This document shows, piece by piece, positions 56,379 to 64,000 of a DNA stretch of 64,000 nt. Origin of the DNA: Epithemia pelagica. Taxonomy: Eukaryota > Protista > Bacillariophyta. Numbering within the stretch: the first letter of the stretch is position 1; every line of letters starts with the position of its first letter. A model generated the notes under the pieces. That model saw only the letters and a program-made list of their open reading frames with translations, was not told the DNA's origin and ran no database searches. The stretch is from NCBI GenBank assembly GCA_946965045.2, contig OX337241.1:2480001-2544000 (forward strand), written 5' to 3'. The position numbers and the translations under genes are program-made.

Positions 56379-58745
56379 ATGACGCTCCTCAATTCTTCCC
56401 AGGCTCGTGAACCACCCAACACTGCGACAACGACGAATACATCGACCATGACAAATACGCAAGATACCAAACGGTCCAAACTCAAAACGAAAAAATCCTC
56501 CAAAACCAAGAAACCAAAGGAGGAGGAACCATGGTCCAGGGAGGAGGAGGATACTGCTGCGGACAACGCCCAACGCGACAGAAAAATTCTGGACAAGCAA
56601 GGGAACCACAAAAAGAAGAAACCCAACAAGGAGGGTCACACAACTCCAAAGAAGGCACTCCAAGCACAAGGTTCTTTGAGAGATACATCCAAAAAACAAG
56701 TGCAAACGATTGTTCACCAGGACGTGAAGGACGATGGTAACACTACGAGTGGTGGTGGTGGCGAGAACAACGACAAGAAGAACAACAAGATCAAAAGCGA
56801 CAAGAAAAGTAGCAGCAAACGATCCCTAGATACAAAGCAAAGGAGCAAAAAACATGGCAAGGCCAAGGAATCTTCCGGAAAAAATGTTTCTCCCAACACT
56901 GGAAACATGCCAAATCGGACAGCCACCGTTCCCCAGCACCGAGACCGAGATGACGAATCGATCAGCAGGACCGATCCACAAGACATGGCCTTTCCTTTGG
57001 ATTTGACACGATCGGCTCCAATCCAATCCTTACCTGGTGCCTTTCGCCAAGGAGGAAACCGTCGTCCGCAAGACGAAAATGAGGATAATAGTAGTACCAA
57101 TTTCTTGGTGAATGAAGAAACTACTCTCGAGTCGACACCACAAGAACCAAACAACCCTACCCACAATGCCGTGAACAACACCCGAGATACAGAGAGTAAC
57201 AACAACACCAATACTAATAATGAAGTATTGATCGAAGCCTACTTGGTGGATGACGAACCGTCATCACCACCGGAACAAGACCGGGAAGTCTTTCACGAAG
57301 AACATGAACAAGCCGAACGTCGTCCTACAACCACACTTCCTACCGCCGAAGTCATGCGCATGGTTCATATTCGAGACTCGCAAGTCCGGAATGATGATAA
57401 AAAAGATGATGTGATGGATGAAGAGCAACCATTGCCGTTCGACAATAACAACAACAATGAGACTAACCATCCAAAGACCCGAATAAGTATGTGGATGGGA
57501 CTCGTGTTGGTAGTGGGTGTCGTTGTCGCCATTGTTGTTGGAGTCGTTGTGGGTGTCCTCGTGGCAGGGGGCAGTAGCGAAGGAGGAGGAAGCACCACCA
57601 CCACCACCAATCCTGACAATACTAATGGCAATACCAACACGGACGATGGTACGCCCTCTACCGACGACCAACCCACCATCCCCGATCCAGACATCTTGCC
57701 CGGGGACTTTGGAGTCTATGAAACGGGCATTTTACAACAGCGCGATGTGGCATCCTTTCATGCCTTGCAATGGGGTGTGCAACATTCCGAATCCTGTTAC
57801 TTCCCTCCTACATCGGCCTTGGGAGGACGACAAATTCGTATTGGATGCGATAGTCCCAGTGCTGTGGTCGTCTTGGCCGAAGAACCCTTGCCAGTCTTAC
57901 CAGGCAGCGTGCCACCATCCTCCACTTCATCCCTCTTGACGCCATCAGATGTGACTTTGGAATGTGAACGGGAAGCGGCAAACGAAATTGTCTGTCAATG
58001 GAATAGTGAATTTGGTGACCAACCCTTGACCGCCCTCTATCATCTCTTGGTGGGTTGTGGTGGTGTGCTTGGAGATGATGCCGCCTTGATGATGTATGCT
58101 AAATTGGAAGAATGGGATCAGGACGGAATCGTAGCACCACCGTTGACAGACCCGGGCATTCCTTTGTCACCACCCGAGCTGGAATGCGGCCAAATGGTGG
58201 ACGAGCTCTATGAAGATGTGTCCACCACCACCACGATCCACACCGCATCCTTCCGTGGAGACCTTTTGCAATGGGTCTCGATGAGCATGTTTTGTTTCAT
58301 TGACCCACAAGATCTCTTGGTAGACCCAGAAGCGTCGCCTGACGATACCTTCTTTGAAGTCTTGCCAGTGGAATGTTTCGGAGGAAGTGAAGCGATTGAA
58401 TTGAACCAAAGAGAAGAGACACAACATGTCTGCTTTGCTCATACTATTTGTGAAACAGACCAAGTCTGTACTATTGACGATACTTTTGCGGATTGTACCG
58501 GGGATTCATTTTGCTACATCGACGTGGAAGACTTGCCTGTTGTGGATGGCTTGACCATGTTTCATCAAGATGGACCTTTGCATCCGCGTTGTATATTTCC
58601 AGTGATTGATCTTCCTCAAGAACAGGAGCTTCGACTCATTTGGTTGGATACGCTGCGCAACAATCTGGTTGGCTCGTACTACGATATTTCTATGGAATTG
58701 TCCCTTTTATTGGATATTCCCCCCAATCGAAATTTCGCTGCGTGA
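56379..58745 (+). CDS. Single-pass membrane protein, family member 3
   Basis: DLTRSAPIQSLPGAF, EVLIEAYLV, TLPTAEV, one TM, FHALQWGVQHSESC, FRGDLLQWV and VCFAHTICET. First ATG at 56379. Confidence 0.8.
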   Translation: MTLLNSSQAREPPNTATTTNTSTMTNTQDTKRSKLKTKKSSKTKKPKEEEPWSREEEDTAADNAQRDRKILDKQGNHKKKKPNKEGHTTPKKALQAQGSLRDTSKKQVQTIVHQDVKDDGNTTSGGGGENNDKKNNKIKSDKKSSSKRSLDTKQRSKKHGKAKESSGKNVSPNTGNMPNRTATVPQHRDRDDESISRTDPQDMAFPLDLTRSAPIQSLPGAFRQGGNRRPQDENEDNSSTNFLVNEETTLESTPQEPNNPTHNAVNNTRDTESNNNTNTNNEVLIEAYLVDDEPSSPPEQDREVFHEEHEQAERRPTTTLPTAEVMRMVHIRDSQVRNDDKKDDVMDEEQPLPFDNNNNNETNHPKTRISMWMGLVLVVGVVVAIVVGVVVGVLVAGGSSEGGGSTTTTTNPDNTNGNTNTDDGTPSTDDQPTIPDPDILPGDFGVYETGILQQRDVASFHALQWGVQHSESCYFPPTSALGGRQIRIGCDSPSAVVVLAEEPLPVLPGSVPPSSTSSLLTPSDVTLECEREAANEIVCQWNSEFGDQPLTALYHLLVGCGGVLGDDAALMMYAKLEEWDQDGIVAPPLTDPGIPLSPPELECGQMVDELYEDVSTTTTIHTASFRGDLLQWVSMSMFCFIDPQDLLVDPEASPDDTFFEVLPVECFGGSEAIELNQREETQHVCFAHTICETDQVCTIDDTFADCTGDSFCYIDVEDLPVVDGLTMFHQDGPLHPRCIFPVIDLPQEQELRLIWLDTLRNNLVGSYYDISMELSLLLDIPPNRNFAA

Positions 58746-59632
58746 TCCACGTGTTGCGGGATACGACCTTGTGAAGGACCTTGGTCTTGGGATCGACTTT
58801 GGAAAGAAAGATGCTGTACGTTTTCCGGTCTTCAGTACCCAAACCAGGGACCACAACAAATAGGAACGAGTTTCCTTGACCTTATATCGTAGTGTTTTCT
58901 TCACGCACGGGTTGTAAACAGTCCCAGATTGCGACAAGCTGGTCGACTTGAGGGGTTCCCCTGGTCACTCCGTCACCATGTTTGATTGCAGATGAATTGG
59001 AACAAGAACAGGGCACGTCGGGAGCATCAGACTCCTGTTGTGGCCCCCTCCCCACCATGCAGTACTGGGTCCAACAGACACACAGAGGCCTTTGGTGCAG
59101 TCCGCCTCAAGCTGCCACCGTTCCAATACGGATCTCTTACTAGAGGTTCAAGACTACTCCTGGCTTTCTCTCTTGCGGTTTTGCTAGCCGTAATCCGTAG
59201 GGACAGACAGACGGATGGATTATAGGTCGCGTTTCTTGCCGAGAAGATGCTGCCGTGTTGTGGTCGCTGTTATAACTGCACAGAACAGCAGAAATAATAA
59301 ACAAAAGACGCCGTTGATATTCCTCGCATTCTTGTTGGGCGTTTTGTCCGGTTTCGTTGGGCCAATCCATAAATTTGAACCACAAACGGCAACCACAGGG
59401 GGGAGATTCGAAACTACAAAGTTACAAGACGACAGCAACAATTGTAGAGCAAGAAGCCTTCCAGTCCATTGCGTGTTGAGGGGCAGGAAGAGAGAAAGTG
59501 CAGTTTTGGCCTTTTTTTCGAATCGAAACCATCTTCCTCCATCTATTTGGAACCTCTCGAGTAGAACCTTGAGAGACGTTGGCCAACTTGGATCACTCTT
59601 GTGGAATCGAGAGCCCAAGTAGTAGTCTCATC

Positions 59633-61225
59633 ATGACGCTCAATTCTCTCCAGGCTCAGGAACCACCCAACACCGTGACAACGGCGTCCCATACACAAGA
59701 TTCGCCCTCTGTTCGGTCCAAACTAAAAAAGAAAAAATCTTCCAAAACGACAACCAAGAACACCAAGAAGAAGGACGAGGACGAGGAACCGCTCACCAAT
59801 CAAACTAGTGCTACCAGTTCAAATAATCCCAAACCCAAAGCAAGGACAAGGACAACGACAAAACCACCAAATGGTTCGTCCAGAGATGCATCCAAAAAAG
59901 TCCGAACGACTACGGCTGTCGTTGACCAGGATGTGAATGACAAGGGCGACGAGAGAGTTGATAATCATGATGAAAACAAGCACAAGAAGATCATTCGCAA
60001 CAAGAAAAGAAGCAAGAAATCCCTCCAAACAAAGCAAACGAGCAAACAGCATGACTTACAAAGGGAACCTGCCAACGAAGATGCTTCCCCCAATCATGCA
60101 AATATGCAGTACGCTTCACTTTCCAATACAACAACTACCGTGCCTCAACACCAGCACCATGAAGAAGAATCGAGCAGCATGAGGACCAATCCACATGACA
60201 TGGCCTTTCCTTTGGATTTGGATCGATCGCCTCAAATCCAATCCTTACCCGGTGCCTTTCGACAAGGAGGAAACCGTCGGCCGCAAGAGGAAGAAGAGGA
60301 TAGTAGTAGTAGCAATTTCTTGGAGAATGAAGAAAATACTGCCGAGTCGACACAACAAGAACCAGGCAACAACACCAACAACGACAATAATACGGAGAAC
60401 AACAACAATAACAATGATGTATTGATCGAAGCCTACTTGGTGGATGAGGAACGGTCATCACCTCCGGAACAGGACCGTGAAGTCTTTGACGAAGAACACC
60501 AACAACAACAGGAACCGCCCACACAACGTCGTCGTCCAACAGCCACACTTCCCACCGCCGAAGTCATGCGCATGGTTCATATTCGAGACTCGCAAGTACA
60601 CAATGAAAACAATTATGCGGTGGATGAAGAACAGGCATTGCCTTCCAAGAACAAGAATAAGGAATCAAAGACACGATTGGGAATGTGGATGGGACTTGTG
60701 TTGCTAGTTGGTGTCGTTGTCGCCATTGTCGTTGGAGTTGTGGTGGGTGTCGTCGTGGCAGGGGGGAGTGGTGGTGGTGAAGCAGCAGGACGAGAAGGAG
60801 GAATCAACACGACCACCACCACCCCTCCAGACAACAACACTAATAACAATACTACCACGGACGATGACACACCCTCCACCGACGACCAACCCACCACCCC
60901 GGGTCCGGACATCTTGCCGGGGGACTATGGGGTGTACGACATAAACATTATACAACAGCGCGATGTGGCATCCTTCCATGCCTTGCAATGGGGCGTGCAA
61001 AATTCAGACATGTGTTATTTCCCTCCTACATCGGCCTTGGCAGGACGACAAATTCGTATTGGGTGTGACAGTCCCAATGCTGTGGTGGTCTTGGCCGAAG
61101 AACCCCTGCCAGTCTTACAAGGCAGCGTGCCTCCGCCCTTTACTCCCTCTACCACGGTCCTTTTGACTCATACAGGAGTGACGGGCGAGAAGAAGAGGAT
61201 CCCGTTGACAAACTATAAGGAGTAG
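59633..61225 (+). pseudogene. Family member 4, a close paralog of member 3, truncated in the extracellular domain
   Basis: Near-identical motifs to member 3 up to LLTHTGVT (about 61181). It then diverges into unrelated sequence and stops at 61225, lacking about 260 aa of the Cys-rich C-terminus. Confidence 0.7.
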
Positions 61226-61535
61226 GCAACACTGAAAATGGCCGTTTATTATAAAAGGAGATTAATTTACATGGTGTTGCCTCTGTGATTGATTAGTTCC
61301 TTCCTCTTTCGTGAGGATCATCATTCGCTTTGTCACAAGGACATGAGGAGAAAGCAAAGCGCCATCAAAAGGACGTTCGACAAACACAAGAGTCGACTTC
61401 TTTGTTTGTCGGTCCCCTTGGATTCGCTTCATGAAGTCTTTCTCACCATTGTGAATAGGTTTCTATTAATAGCAACTAGTTTGGAACTACGCTGCCCTTG
61501 CAACAGCAGCAGCGTGTCCAGCAGCATGATACGTT

Positions 61536-64000
61536 CTAGGTAATGCTTGGCAATTCATGTTGCGGAGGAAAAGGACGACTTGGTGGAGGCTGTGGTTGTT
61601 GTGATGATGATGGTGGTGGTTGAGATGCGGGTGGTCGTGCAGACGCATGTGGTGGATATTGTCTTGGTTCATCTCCACTCGTGGCTCGTGCTTCCTCACA
61701 AGCCGCCACAACACGATGGTGCAAGGTGGTTCGATTCACCTTGGCAATGGCAGTTGCAACAGTGGTGGACGGATAGGCTCCTTGATAGGCGGTAGCATAA
61801 TAACCGTATCCTGGGAAGCATTGCATTTCAAACCCAGACCAATGTAACATTTCGGGATCAGCCGAACTTGGCATGGATCGAAAGGCATTGGAATCCACAC
61901 CCAAAAAGACGGGCGGTTGTTGCGAGGGTGTTGGAGACACATTGGAGTCTGTACTAGTGGGATTTTTCTCGGGTCGACGCGTCGCAAAGTCATAGAAATA
62001 CATCCGTTCTGGATAAAGAAAGAAAGGAACGAGGTGACAACACAAAACGATGAGGGGACTACATTCCTGATCGGAGTCTCCTTCGAGTTGCGGACGAACA
62101 ATACGTACCAAAATCGTGCAGTGCTCCCGATTCTTCTTGTTCCTGTCGAAAGATATCCATATATTCTTCCAAATCGACACCCATTTCAATGCCCAACCAT
62201 CCCAACATGGTTTCCGTTAGCCCTCCCATAATGACAATGGTAAAGAGTACGATAAACATGGTGGCAGCGGTAAATTCATCGGCATTTCCGTTGACATTGG
62301 GAAATTCACGGACACAAGCATAGGCCACAGCACCACGTAACCCGGCAAACCACAAAATATGCATCATTTCCCACGAGATTCGTTCCTTCTTGACATTGTT
62401 CATCATACGACCTCTTCGTTCTCGACGTTTGCGCGATTGATGAGTCGTCACCGTTGTGACCGATCCCCGAGTATCTTCGGTATCAAACGAGTTGTTTCGA
62501 GCATTCCGATGATGAGCTTGCATGGCCTGGTTGGAATGGTGATGATGGTGGTGGTGGTGGTGATGCACCATTCCTCCTGGTGGTGGAAAGGGTTGTTGTT
62601 GTACCACCATTCCCAAGGGTCCTCCTCCTTGATGGGAGGACGACGACATGTTGTGTGCATGCGGTGTGGGTTGATTACTCATACTCATGACATTGGTGGA
62701 CACTGTCGATGGTACGGTGGGAACCGCGGCGGGACTCGTCAATGGTTGTTGCGGTTGTTGTTCCAGTGCTGTAGTGGCTGCTCCTGCTGCTGCAGTAGTA
62801 GCAGTGGGAGGATTGGTGGTGTGAGCGACAGTGGAAGTGGCGCCACTGCCACTACCACCGCTGCTTTCGGCACCTTCTTCTTCCCAAACGGCATCCAATA
62901 CGGGTGGTTGCAAGCGATTGGTGGTAGTAGCGGGAGACGGATTGGTGGTGGGAGTCGTCGAATCCGTGTTAATGCTGGAATCCAACGACACATTGTTGTT
63001 ATTGTCGTTACTACTGGGTTGTCCAAAGGTGGTGGGTTCGATTTGGGTGGGTGGTACATAGGAATAATTTTGCAAGGCCGCTGCGGCAAAATCGGCCGAA
63101 TGCTGCGAGGTTGGCGAAGTCGCTTCCAACGAGGACGGTGACAAGGCCATGGGAGTAGTGTGATTGGATCGACGACCTTGTTGTTGCTGCTGCTGCTGTT
63201 GTTGTTGAAATTGTTGTTGCTGCTGTTCTTCATTCGACACGGCATAATTGTGCAAGAGCGCCAGGGGATAAATGGCGGCCCCACGGGCAATCAAACAACA
63301 AATCAAGGAATAGATGATAAAATCCCAATTGAAACTTCCCGAAAAGCCAAAGATGGACAATCCCAATTCCAAAAAGATGCAAGTCTCGGACAAAAAGGCC
63401 ACGAGTTGAAAAATGGTGGCACCCGCCTTTTCCGTGACGCGACTCACATTGGGTGCCACATAGCGACGGACCGACAAACCGGCAAAGAAAATGGTCACAA
63501 TGCCACTCAAGTGCATTGATTCGGCAATCATAAAGGGCACATACATGAGCATGAGGTACAAGGACAGTTCGAGCATGCGATACTTTTTGCGTCGCAAATC
63601 GACCGCCTTGAACAAGAGGGCAAATCCAAATCCAAAGGCCATTCCCAGCAACGGCGATCCCACGGCATCGACCAGAAATTCGGGAAAGAATGCCACAAAG
63701 GCTTCGTAACTGTAGTCCTTATCGGCTCGTAACAAATCCGCAAAGGAATTGTACAAAACCAAGGCGACGGCATCGTTCAAGGCCGATTCTCCAAAGACAA
63801 CATAGAACAAGTGCGGATCGACTCGTTTGGCTTGCAAGACCGCAATCACCGACACGGTATCGGTTGCCGCAATCAGACTGCCAAAGGCAAAGAGTTCGAG
63901 CAAGGTTGGATCAAAGGTGGAAAACAAGTGCCATTGTTGCAAGGCCCACAACATCATGGCACAAACAATCGAGGAGGTAATGGTCCCCATGACGGCAAAC
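61536..64000 (-). CDS. Na+/H+ exchanger (CPA1/NHE family); 5' end outside the window
   Basis: FGSLIAATDTVSV, VFGESALNDAVALVL, SGIVTIFF, AFLSETCIFLELG and WFAGLRGAVAYA. An intron at 62108-62009 joins LHDF|ERMYFYDF. The 3' end position is less certain. Confidence 0.9.

Overview
Eukaryotic, gene-dense region with short GT-AG introns and many low-complexity proteins. It most resembles a pennate diatom genome (inferred from the cyclase-PDE fusion, RNI-like LRR protein and CoDi-type Copia element). Host genes: PDZ-like protein, MDR-family oxidoreductase (premature stop), PRMT1, EF-hand two-pore K+ channel, receptor cyclase-phosphodiesterase, LRR protein, coproporphyrinogen III oxidase, a secreted Tyr/Asp/Lys-Gly-rich beta-propeller protein plus a truncated duplicate, four paralogous single-pass membrane proteins, and a 5'-truncated Na+/H+ exchanger. 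The main discovery is a decayed DNA transposon of about 12.6 kb (30719-43316). It encodes a RAG1/Transib-like DDE transposase with the D-D-E and CxxC/HxH zinc motifs in RAG1 order. Its intact right end reads CACAATA. It carries a second, convergent tail-to-tail gene with a possible BAH-like domain, visible only after removing a young nested Copia LTR element and fixing one frameshift. The transposon sits exactly between two copies of a roughly 1.75-kb host duplication. Several TA-target MITEs and dispersed repeats are also present. No CRISPR array, rRNA or tRNA gene was found. All homology calls are from motif recognition by eye; no searches were run.
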